Assembly: GCF_011745625.1 (NCBI RefSeq)
Contig: NW_027191472.1
Location: 1 to 64,000, forward strand
Direction of reading: 5' to 3'
Length of the DNA: 64,000 nucleotides
DNA from: Cladosporium halotolerans
Lineage: Eukaryota
A model generated the notes under the pieces. The model was not told the origin of the DNA. It was given only the letters and a program-made list of their open reading frames with translations, and searched no databases. A program made the translations under genes and the position numbers. The first letter of the stretch is position 1; the number at the start of each line of letters is the position of its first letter. Positions 1-9,805 of the stretch are shown in pieces.

Positions 1-39
1 CCCCACACCAAAAAAAAAAAAAAATTCCAAAAAACCCAC

Positions 40-453
40 CTCGCTCTCCAACCCCACCCCCTCCCCCACCCGCACCGGCCTCAAATACCGCACCGCCAGG
101 CTCTCCGTCACCCCCAGCGTCTCCCAGTAGCCCTGCTGCGCGACCGTCAGCAGCGCCCACCCGGTCCCGTAGTCGTGCGCCAGCGCTTGCGCGCCGCCCG
201 CCAGCGTCCCGAAGGCGTTGGCGTAGCAGGCGAGCGCGGGGAAGCGTGCGCGCAGCAAGCCCCGGCTGGCGTGCGTGACTGTCGTGTGGGCGAAGAGGGC
301 GGTGGAGAAGTTCGGGGTTGGGATCTAGGCGTTGTTAGTGGTTTGTGGGTGCGTGGGTGAGGCGGGGGAGGGGGCCTTTTCTGGGTTTGGGTTTGGGTTG
401 GGTTGGTCGTGGGGAGAGGGACTTGCTTTTTCGGCCCAGTCGTTGTTCGACAT
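40..453 (-). CDS. Hot-dog fold acyl-CoA thioesterase (PaaI/ACOT13-like), 3' end outside window
   Basis: Not called as such in the ORF track. Manual translation of exon 324-40 gives ...YANAFGTLAGGAQALAHDYGTGWALL...WETLGVTESLAVRYLRPVRVGEGVGLESE, matching the N-x2-GTLHGG...D...GVS-x-L-x-V-x-YLRP pattern. The upstream exon (MSNNDWAEK) joins in frame via a GC-AG intron 426-325 with a CTAAC branch. The next donor GTGGGT is at 39. True start uncertain. Confidence 0.75.
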
Positions 454-1633
454 GAAGCCTCTGATTGCGCGCAGGAGGTCGGCGTCTGCGTCTGCGGTTG
501 CGGACGGCGCGCACGACGCGCTGGAGTTCCTGCTGCGCGGCGGCGTTGGCTTCCTGCTTGGTTGGCATTGGTGGCGAGGCGATGCGAGGATGTGGTTGTG
601 GAGGCGGAGGACTACGTGGGTTGACGCCGGGATGGGGTTCGAGATCGCTGCTCGTTGCGCATGATCTCATACGTGATGTATGTTTAGTCCAACGGCCGCG
701 CTGAGTCGCTCGCGCGACGAGGTTGACCCATCGCTCAAGCGTGCCGTTTGAACGGACGAAAGGCAGCGAACAAAACGACCGTGACGACACCGATCCGAGA
801 GAACGACTCGGGCGTTTAGTGTACAATCCAGCGCGGCCCACGAAGTCGGTTGCGAGTTTGATTCGTCGATCGTGATGTGGGTCGCGCCTCAGATGGGGGG
901 AGACATTGCGTATTGCTGCGTTGTATGTATAGCTCGTGTAACGCGATCAAACAGGAGGACGGCAGCCTCCTTGTCTCCATCGAAAAAGCCCGCTGAGGGT
1001 AGGGGAGACTTAATCACTTGAACTGCAGAGTTACCTCACAACGATGACCGCAGCTAGCGGCGGGTAGAGCAGAGCCGATCGAAATTCAGAGATCCCCAAA
1101 AGCAAACGGGGGCTCGATGCAAGAGCTGCGACCGAGCTGCGTTGGCTGATTTGGGTATGTGCACCTTTTTAGGAAACGCTCGATCATGGGCGTCTTGGGA
1201 TTCCTCCGGCAAGTGATGGGAGATGGGATAAGAGCATTATTGGGACTACCCTGTAAGCAAGTGGATGAATACTCATGAAGCTTCGAAGTCAGTACGGAGG
1301 TCAGGGTGGCGCTGAAGGATCGGGGAGAAAGATGAACATTGCTTGGTGATAGGTCTGATTCTCATATCTTTTTCCCGCCTAGCAGATTAAGGATCGATCT
1401 CGAACCCTCTACAGTACTTCCTCTATATCGCCTTCGCCCTAGCTCGGCTGCAAAACTTTCGCTGTTGCAGCATTGTATCCGCCGACACCCTTTGGCCTAC
1501 TGTCTTTTGCCAATGGGCAGCACTGTTCGCTTTTCCAACCCCCAATAGTGTGCGGTTCCGAACGATCGTCCCAGCTTCAAGACCTCCAATGCCCTGCGGC
1601 CCTCTTAACGAATCCTCACCACCTTACCCCCCC

Positions 1634-3281
1634 TCATCCGAACCTCACCTCCTCCCTCCAAATCCTCCACCACCTCCCCTCCCCGACCCCACCACTCTCG
1701 CCGGCCCCCACAAGCCCCTCGACATCCTCACACAGCGAAAACATCACGCCCACGACCCCCGCTCTCGCCGCGGCGGGCTCCGCGCCGCACCCGTGCAGCC
1801 TTCGCTCCTCTGGCACCTGACTTTCGCTTTCCGAAGCTTCGATCTCCGCAGCCCGCGCCGCGATGCCTGCTGCGCGGCGGCCGTCGAAGGGGCCGTCGCG
1901 GCCTGTTTGTTTCAAGAGATGAATGGCGCGTTGACGGATGAAGGGGACGCGGCATTTGAGGGCTGTCAGGAAGAGGGGTTGCGCGGGGCCGAGGTCGGGC
2001 GTGAAGGGAATTGGGAGGCTGGTTTGGGCGGGTGGGCGATTTTGTTGGTCTTGGGAGAGGATGACTTCGGCGTCGGCGAGGATGGACGCGAAAATGTTTG
2101 TGTATGCGTCGTAGGATTTTTCGTAGGGTGAGACGAGGGTTGAGAGGTAGATCAGGCAGGATTTGGCGTGCGTGTTGAGGACGAGGGCGCGGGTTTGGGT
2201 TCGGCCGGAGGAGTGTGAGGCGAGGGTGGTTGTTTGGGCGATTGTGTGGTGGAGGCGGGCTACGTGGCGGCTTTGGTCGATGGAGAGGCTGGTGGGGCGA
2301 AGGGAAGAGGGGAGGTATTTGTATTGAGAGGCGGTGCTGGCGAAGACATAGCTTGCGTGGAGTGTTTGGAGGGCGAGAGACTCAGGGTCTGTTGTGGTGT
2401 GGCTGTAGGGGTTTGAGTGGGTGGAGATTGGCGGGAGTCGGGGTCCGGTGCTGAGCACGTAGCTTGCTATGTTGACGTCTAGGACTAATGCTGCGTAGTC
2501 CAGTCCATCGGATGCGACGAACCGTGGTGTTTCGTCCTTGTTGGGAGTAGGAGGGGTTTGGGGAGGGCTCGTAGAGATAGCGCGATCACCAGAACCAGAT
2601 CGATGCAGCAGCAGTGCGACAAACCCTTGAAAATGAGCGAGAGCCTGGAGCTCTCGACCAGCAAAAAGATCCACGAACGCCAGCAGCAGACAGGTGGCTG
2701 GGATGGAGTTCGAATCGATGTTTTTGGCTGTTAATTGCTTTTGAACCTGGGTAACGGCTTTGCCGTACCATCGCAGCAGAGCCACAGCGGCCTTGTCGTC
2801 TCTCTGTACTTGCAACTGAGCTGCGGCTCCAAGAGCCGCAGTTGCATTGTGTATACCGCAGTCTGAGAACGCCAGCTGCGGTAGTAGGGAGTTCCAGAAA
2901 GGAGCGGTCTTCGCGGAGCCTCTGAGGGACCCGCCGCGTAATAGCTCACAGCCTAGCTTGGAAAATCTGCAGCTATCGCTAGTGCTTCCTGGACTGCTTA
3001 CACGTATAGCGAGCTCATGAGGCAGGTGTATCTGGATGGGCGAGTATGCAGCCTTTGTCTCATGAGGCAAATCTCGGTTCGGGTAGCCTTCACATAGCCT
3101 GCCAGCTCGGATGCATCGCAGACATGAAGGCTTAGCCTCATCGCATTTGACTTTTCGATCCCTTGCCAAGGTAAGTAGGTTTGAAGCGAACTAAGTTATT
3201 GACAACATACTTGCAAGTGTAACAACCGTGATGCGATTGCCTGACGGCCAAAGTTCGCGTCCGTTTCGATGTGGTCGACAT
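1634..3281 (-). CDS. Zn(II)2Cys6 fungal transcription factor
   Basis: Exon 1 MSTTSKRTRTLAVRQSHHGCYTCK, intron ~3210-3162 (GTATGT...AAG), then DRKVKCDEAKPSCLRCIRAGRLCEGY completes the six-Cys binuclear cluster. A long C-terminal fungal TF region follows. Confidence 0.92.
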
Positions 3282-3505
3282 GGTCGCGGCGCGCTCTTAC
3301 CGCAAGGTGCCGTCGTGTCCGACGCCTGCGAACATGGCGCAATGCTCGGTGCCGAGGGTGATGGTAAGCATCCACGTGGCGAGGCGCATTGATGAGGTTT
3401 GAACCTGTCAAACATCGAAGTGTCTCCACTCGTCGCATGGCAGTGCAGCATGGAGATTCGGCAGGGACCCACGTGTGCAAGGGCGAAACTTTAATTGACA
3501 CTAAC

Positions 3506-3629
3506 AAACTCAAAGACCGAGCAAAGGAGTGAACTAGTACCCGTCACCGAGATCACTAAACTCAAAGACCGAGCAATGTAGGTAACAACAATGATCAATA
3601 ATTAGAATGTCCAACGTAAAGACCGAGCA
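3506..3629. repeat. Three spaced direct copies of AAAGACCGAGCA
   Basis: AAACTCAAAGACCGAGCAA at 3506-3524 and 3558-3576, AAAGACCGAGCA at 3618-3629. Core-to-core spacing is 52 and 54 bp. Confidence 0.9.
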
Positions 3630-3791
3630 GAGGATATTTGATGACGACGCAGAATGCCGTGACGAGGCCCTCGTCTTTCGACATGCTATAAAGTGTTCTG
3701 TCAGCCGTCCCTAAGTTTTCTTTGATTGTAACCAACACAGCACGGTCCGTTCTACTCAAGTCGCTCTTATACTCTTCACTCCTTTGCCAAC

Positions 3792-4516
3792 ATGTTACAC
3801 CAAATCCTGGGCTCGCTCTTGTTGCTGAGCGTCGGTGGTCAAGCCGCCAAAATCCAAGGATGCAAGCCATTCCCATCTTCAATGGATGAGTTCTCTGGCA
3901 ACTTCCAGCAGCCACAGCCTCCGACTGTCCGTACGGAGTTCGGAACAAGCTTCATCCAGCACAAATGGTATTGTTGCTGTTTGAGAGACTTCCCCAATCC
4001 GTTGCTAACACGACAGCAGGAACACGAACCTCTCCCACGTCACTGCTGGCTACATCGAAAACTCCGCCGAGCGCAAGTTCGTTCGTGTGAGCGAGGCATA
4101 CGACGGTAACCTTGCGTCGTCGGCCTTCGAATATTCGAACGTCACTGCAGAGGGGCAAGTCAACAACGTGCTCACCACGTACGAAGCCAACAGCACCACG
4201 CCGAGCGTCTGGACCGGATATGTCATCTCCAACTTCCCGATCTTTGAGAAGGATATTCTTGTCACCTCTTCCGCAGTTTTCAGTGGCCTTGTCAAGCGTC
4301 CGTTTTTCGACGAGGAAGTTGCTTCCGTAGGTGCATCTCCAAGCTGAGTCCGAGATCCTTGACTGACGCGCATTGCAGTGGAGCATTCTTTACCTGGGCC
4401 AAATCCCAACCACGATCTACACGACCGATTGCAATGTTGTGGTTGGCTATGACTACTTCTCGCCGGGCTTGAGGACCAGAGTGGTGACTGAGTTCTTCAA
4501 CATCAAGGCCAATTGA
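3792..4516 (+). CDS. Secreted uncharacterised protein (~200 aa, 3 exons)
   Basis: Signal peptide MLHQILGSLLLLSVGGQA. Two GT-AG introns (~3968-4018, ~4327-4378) join to give ...QHKWNTNLSHVTAGYIENS...WSILYLGQIPTTIYTTDCNVVVGYDYFSPGLRTRVVTEFFNIKAN*. Confidence 0.85.
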
Positions 4517-4955
4517 GACTTGATAGCTCTGGCCCTAAGCTCTGGACATCAATGGCCCATTTGATAGTCATGCACAACGCATTCTTGCGGACATAGAGGA
4601 GGAGAAGGAGGTGATGGATTTCCATTGGAAGAGTCTTACTGACGTGGTTGGGTGCGCCGTGGTTATCTAAACCGTGCCGCCTCAGAAAGCGACAGCTAGG
4701 TACATACTGTTAGATATTCGTGTTTGTAGGCGGTAATAAAGATTTTATCCGATGTCCCAGTTGATTTCGAGAAACATCCATAGCGTAAGGAGAAGATACT
4801 AGACCAGAACGTGCAGAAACGTTGTAACACAGCCATGGAATGAGAGTTCTCTGTTTCGACATTGCTGCCGCTTCAAGACTGAAATGTTATAGTGCGACAT
4901 GATTGCCCTCGGGAGAGTGTTCTGAGTAAACAACAGAGACTAAAGCAATGGCGAA

Positions 4956-5036
4956 TCACGTGAACCACTACTGCCACCACGTGACCTGTCGCGCAGACCC
5001 CTCAGGCCCCTAAATAAGGAAATACAGCTTATATAT
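4956..5036 (+). promoter_or_regulatory. Upstream elements of the putative ncRNA: two CACGTG E-boxes and a TATA box
   Basis: TCACGTGA at 4956-4963, CCACGTGA at 4977-4984, and TATATAT at 5030-5036, about 25 nt before the start of the structured region. Confidence 0.5.
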
Positions 5037-5052
5037 GCGTGTAATGTTCCCA

Positions 5053-5259
5053 TTGACGTAACCAGGACATAAGCGGTAGGCGTGGGGTTTCGTGGCGAAG
5101 TGGGCAACGCCTGAGCGGGACTGCACCTCCGTTTGCTAGTGTTCTGGCGACACCCCAGTAAGCAAAACTCGTCAGGGTTTTCTTCCGGCGCACCGAACGA
5201 GATGTGGCTGTTCTTTTGCTGGCGAGTTCGAACCCCAGCAGCGTCAATCTTTTCTTTTT
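5053..5259 (+). ncRNA. Putative RNA polymerase III-transcribed structured non-coding RNA (~200 nt), family not recognised
   Basis: Closing stem TTGACGT(5053-59)/GCGTCAA(5241-47). Four perfect internal helices. A-box-like TGGCGAAGTGG (5093-5103), B-box-like GAGTTCGAACC (5224-5234), upstream TATA and downstream T-run. No credible ORF. Confidence 0.65.
5250..5259 (+). terminator. Oligo-T tract (Pol III-type terminator)
   Basis: TTTTCTTTTT immediately after the closing stem of the putative ncRNA. Confidence 0.55.
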
Positions 5260-5902
5260 ATCTCCTGTCGGTCATGTGACTCGGAGATAACGGCTAGCAC
5301 TCCCATCGCACCCTCCGGTGCCATTTGTGGGAGACAGCTTTCTCTTGTCTCACCGCACAAATTGGACGTAAGTTCTCAGTACTCGTTTTAGACTCGATTT
5401 TTCAAAGCGCATATGGATTGTGCACATCGAGGGAGGTTTGGCGCCGGTGTGGGTTGCCCAATCTTGTAAAGTTCGTTTCAATGCCTTCACCATTACTGAG
5501 ATAGGCCCACATCTTGGAAATACTCCTCTGAATTGTAAAGAGGCTACAGCAAGAGTGGTTCCTCACTGGAGGTACAGAGACCAGAAATGCTCTTTATGTC
5601 AGTGCCATCGGCGACGAGCTCCATTGCATGATGTAAGTCCACATCCGACGCAAGGAATCCCTGGGATATTTTGGCGTCATTCACTTCTTTCTGAGCAAAT
5701 AATTAGCAGCTCTAAAACCCATGAGATCAACATGAGCTCCACCCGTGAGGATGGGTTATCTTACAAGCTGTAATGGTTCAAGCGAACCTCGTACTTCCCT
5801 TTTCGTATGATGTGTGATGCAATATCATTGACCAGACATCATGCGAGTATGACAGCACCTTCTGTGTTGAGCCTGGAAAATGAACATGATCCCTAGTGCG
5901 CG

Positions 5903-5936
5903 GAAGTGAAGTGAAGTGAAGTGAAGTGAAGTGAAG
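5903..5936. repeat. (GAAGT)n pentanucleotide microsatellite, ~6.8 copies
   Basis: Perfect tandem GAAGT units ~125 bp upstream of the CDC73 ATG. Confidence 0.95.
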
Positions 5937-6060
5937 CTGCAGCGGCGCTTCGCCAAAGCTTCCCAAAACGGCCACGCGCGCAACCCTGGACTTCGACAAC
6001 GACGATCTTCCACTCCCAACACCTACCCATTGCTCACGAACTCTCTAAACAAATCACACC

Positions 6061-7326
6061 ATGGCGACTACAGACGGCCTCCCGCCCGACCCTCTTGCGT
6101 TTCTGCGCTCATCTATCGCGGATTCGAGCTTGCCCATTCCAACCACCTCGGCAGAAGCAACAACCGCAGAACAATCGCTGGCAGCTGCAGGATACTTGGT
6201 CTTCAATCGCAATGACCAACACATCTCGATACCACTCACGCAGGAGACGCGCTTCATCAGTGCTTCTCTCGGTGGCAAGCCGATCGACCTGCGCTCGGTC
6301 TTCTTCTGCTGGCAGAATCGCGACATGGGAACTGGTGACTACATCGCGGCAACACAGGCGCTCAATGGTGAACTTTCGGCACTGGGCAAGAGCGACACAG
6401 TAACAAACTTGGTGTTCGTGGAAAAGCTCGACCTGGTCAATTGGCTCAGCGGCGAGAGCGGCGAGGAAGAGAGCGAGTTCATCAAGAGCCTGGACGACAA
6501 CCAGCAGACCAGAGCCGAAGCGCGCGATGCGGCCGTCACCGCCGCCGGCGGCGAAGACGTCGAGATGCGCGACGCCGGCGTCACGGACGCCGCCGCCCGC
6601 AAGCGCGAGGAGGAACGCCTGCGCGAGATCTACGCGCTCGAGCGCAAGATGGGCGACCGCAACACCGTCCTCCGCGGCGTCAAGGTGCAGGACTTCAGCG
6701 GCATCCGCAAGTTCAGCGCCGCCTTCCACGTCAAGAACGCCAAAGCCGCGGCCCCCAGCGCGCCGCTCAGCGCCAACCCGGCCCTGCGCCCCTCCGGCAA
6801 GCCCTCCGGCGGCCGCCGTGCCGAGCCCATCATCCTCCTCTCGCCCTCCGCGTCCAGCCTCATCCGCATGCCGAACGTCAAGGCCTTCCTGCAGGACGGC
6901 CAGTACCAGGCGCCGGAGACGGCGTCGTCCACCGCGCCCAACATCCTGCAGCTCACGCGTCTGCTGCCGAGTATTGATCCGCAGCGGCCCATGCGCTTCA
7001 TCCTCGTCGACTCGCCCGACCAGTTCCGCCCGGACTACTGGAACCGCGTGGTTGCGGTTTTCACGACGGGCCAGGCGTGGCAGTTCAAGAATTACAAGTG
7101 GCAGGCGCCCGCGGATTTGTTCAGCCACGTGCTGGGCGTGTATGTTGGGTGGCAGGGTGAGGTGGTGCCGGATACCGTGAAGGGTTGGGGACGCGGCGTG
7201 CTGAGTGTTGGGCTAGATAAGGGGCATGCGAGGTGGAGGGATCGCGAGGTTGTCGAGGAGGTTTGGAGTGGGATCGAGGCTAGGATGAGGGCTATGGGGT
7301 GGTCGAGGGATGGGCCGAGGCAGTAA
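6061..7326 (+). CDS. CDC73: Paf1 complex subunit Cdc73 (parafibromin)
   Basis: 421-aa ORF with the C-terminal signature PIILLSPSASSLI...RFILVDSPDQFRPDYWNRVVAVFTTGQAWQFKNYKW. Confidence 0.95.
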   Translation: MATTDGLPPDPLAFLRSSIADSSLPIPTTSAEATTAEQSLAAAGYLVFNRNDQHISIPLTQETRFISASLGGKPIDLRSVFFCWQNRDMGTGDYIAATQALNGELSALGKSDTVTNLVFVEKLDLVNWLSGESGEEESEFIKSLDDNQQTRAEARDAAVTAAGGEDVEMRDAGVTDAAARKREEERLREIYALERKMGDRNTVLRGVKVQDFSGIRKFSAAFHVKNAKAAAPSAPLSANPALRPSGKPSGGRRAEPIILLSPSASSLIRMPNVKAFLQDGQYQAPETASSTAPNILQLTRLLPSIDPQRPMRFILVDSPDQFRPDYWNRVVAVFTTGQAWQFKNYKWQAPADLFSHVLGVYVGWQGEVVPDTVKGWGRGVLSVGLDKGHARWRDREVVEEVWSGIEARMRAMGWSRDGPRQ

Positions 7327-7773
7327 GGGGGGTTGGTTTGGTGACGGGGATTTGGTCTTGCGGGATGTGATATTTCTGGGCAATGCGTTCAAGCGGGAGT
7401 TGGGAGGTCGGTTCAAAAATGGTATCATTCTAAAGATGGGCTCATTTGGTAGGGCCAGGACGGGAGAGATTTCTAGCGCTGAAATGGATGCTGCAGATCT
7501 TGTTCAGCTGCCACTAGTAAGCAATTGATCGTTGGTATTCATGTCTGTAACATCGAAGAGAAATTCTTTTAATCGCCATCCGTCCTTGGACCCGAGAGAT
7601 CACACGTATTGCGCGGCCAAACCGCTTTGATGAAGCTGCGATGATGCAGACTCGCTGGACCGACACTTTATACTGCATACCGGACCTAATTATCAACGGC
7701 AGCCATCGCCCCGACTCAGGCGAACGCCTTGCCCACCGGACTGACTGAGCAGCTACCCTAACCTCCCCACACC

Positions 7774-9805
7774 TCACTCCTCAATCTTCTTCTCCTCCAC
7801 AACCCCCTGCCCACCCTTCGACAGCGTCGGCAGATCCCTATCAAGATCATACATCTTCTCCTCCAGCGCATCATAGTGGTGAAACAGCAGCCAAAACACG
7901 ACCGCCGTGCCAGCCGTGAAGACGCCAATGCCCGCGTACATCCACAGGATCTTCGGGTCGACCAGCACGGGCAGCAGCGCCTCGCTCAGCGCGGACCCGA
8001 ACGCGTTCGTCAGCAGGTACATGCTCTGCACGAAGCTCTTCATGCTCGGCGGCGCCTTCGTGTACGCGTACTCCAGGCCCGTGACGCTGATGAAGATCTC
8101 GGCGAGGCCGATGAAGACGTACGCGGGCGTCTGCACGGCGATGTGCACGTGGTTGGGCAAGGGGGTTTCGCCGTCCATGCCGGCGGGGCAGGCGCCGGGG
8201 GCGCTGTAGCAGGGGCCCGCGGAGTAGACGAGGTGCTGGACGATGGCGGCGTAGGCCATGCAGAGGGCGGCGAAGGAGAAGCCGATGGTGATGCGGGCGA
8301 TGGGGCGGAGCTCGATGCCCGCGCGGCGGAGGATGGGGTAGAGGATGCGGTCGAGGAGGGGTGTGAAGATGAGGATGGAGATGGGGTCGAAGTTCTGCAT
8401 GAAGTCGTTCGGCATGCCGTGGCCTTGCATTTGGCCGGCTTGCGAGACGAAGTTGGAAGAGAATTGGCCGTAGCAAACCCAGAAGATGGGGTCTGTGAGG
8501 GAAGGAGGCGTTAGTGAGGGTTGATGGTCTGCGACGAGGGTAGGGTTTGCTTACAGAAGACGAAGACTTTGCAGGCTTTGAGGGCGCGCTGGAGCTCGTC
8601 GACGAAGTGGTCGCTCCAGGGCACGGGCTTAGTGATGCCGTTGGTCGCACGCCAGGAGGGTTTCGGGGCGTTTGTGTTTCGCTTCTTGATCATGATGCCG
8701 ATCGCCTTGAAAGCGTCGGTGATAATGGAGCCTTGCGGCGGGCGAACGACGTATGAGTTGCGGCGGAGGATGAGGACGCCGATGCCGACGTTGAACATGC
8801 AGAAGCACATCAGGAAAGCAGTCCAGAAGCCCTTGGCCTTTTCCATGAAAGGCGTGGCGATCAAAGAAAGCGAGCCGAGGTTGATGCACCAGTAGAAGAC
8901 CATGTAGATACGCTGGTATGTGATGGCCGGGTCGATGATTGTGCGTTCGCCGCCCTTCTGAACTTTGATGGCCATCTTGCGGCGTTGGTATTGATCGGCG
9001 ATCAGAGGAGCAATGTTGGATTTGATGCCACCGGTACCGAGACCAATGACAATGATTGCCGTGACATAGCCGCCGAGGGCGTGTCCGCTTTCGACAGAGA
9101 AGGGTAAGGCACTGACCCAAAGGATGATCAAGCCCTGAAAGCCCGGGTCAGTCGTGGTATGAAGAGGCCAGGAGCATGTCGATACTTACGACCCAGTAAC
9201 AGCCCGCAAACAGCAAGATCGTCTTGTACTTGCCAAGGTACTGATCGGCGATGACAGCACCGAGGATGGGTGTAACTGAGATTGAATGTTAAAATCGATG
9301 CAACTATCAAGGGATTCCATCGAACGTACCATAGCAGAACCACTGGAAGAATAGATTCAATCCGGTGGCGCCCTGATGCCCCAAACCCAGACCAGGAGCG
9401 CCATCAGCACCATTGGGCCTGTTGTTGATGTAATTCTGGAACAAGCCCTGAGAGCCGTAGTAGGTGAATCGCTCTGTCAATTCAACGACGGCGATCAGGT
9501 AGGCCGAAGCAGGAAGGTTCTCGCCCACTCGGCGGAGAGTACGCTTCTCGTGCTCGTTGGGCTCTTCGCCTTCGGCCGTCGGGTCGAGCTCGACATCAGT
9601 CGGTGTGGCGGCGGCTTCCTTTTCGTCCAGGTCTGAGCGTCCGATGTAGCCGCCGGCCAGATCGCGCTCTTTGTTGGGGACGCGCTCGGCGAACTCTTCG
9701 TGCAGCCTGTGGTATTGTGAGTATGGCGCGTTGTGGTGGATTGAGTGAAGGTCAAGGTGGGAAGATGACTTACTCTGCTGCGGCGTCCTGGTGGTTCTGC
9801 GCCAT
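7774..9805 (-). CDS. PTR2: POT/PTR family di/tripeptide transporter (multi-exon)
   Basis: ExxERFxYYG motif (VELTERFTYYG), GLGTGGIKSNIAPLIADQY, FYWCINLGSL and GLEYAYTKAPPSMKS. ATG at 9805 is followed by a GTAAGT donor. Confidence 0.93.

Noticed and set aside
3506..3629. CRISPR-like repeat-spacer array
   Set aside because: Eukaryotic context, only three short (12-19 bp) non-palindromic repeats, and no cas genes.
5085..5247. tRNA (Cys-GCA or Ser-like) suggested by the A-box, a CTGCACC loop and GTTCGAAC
   Set aside because: No 5-bp T-stem around TTCGAAC and no matching 7-bp acceptor stem at the right spacing, so a cloverleaf cannot be built. Retained as a non-tRNA ncRNA candidate.
6109..8650. 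Long antisense or alternate-frame ORFs over CDC73 and PTR2 (similar ones over the CAX, UFE1, MOB3 and COG7-like genes)
   Set aside because: Shadow ORFs caused by high GC3 codon bias. The translations are Arg/Pro/Gly-rich with no domain signatures.
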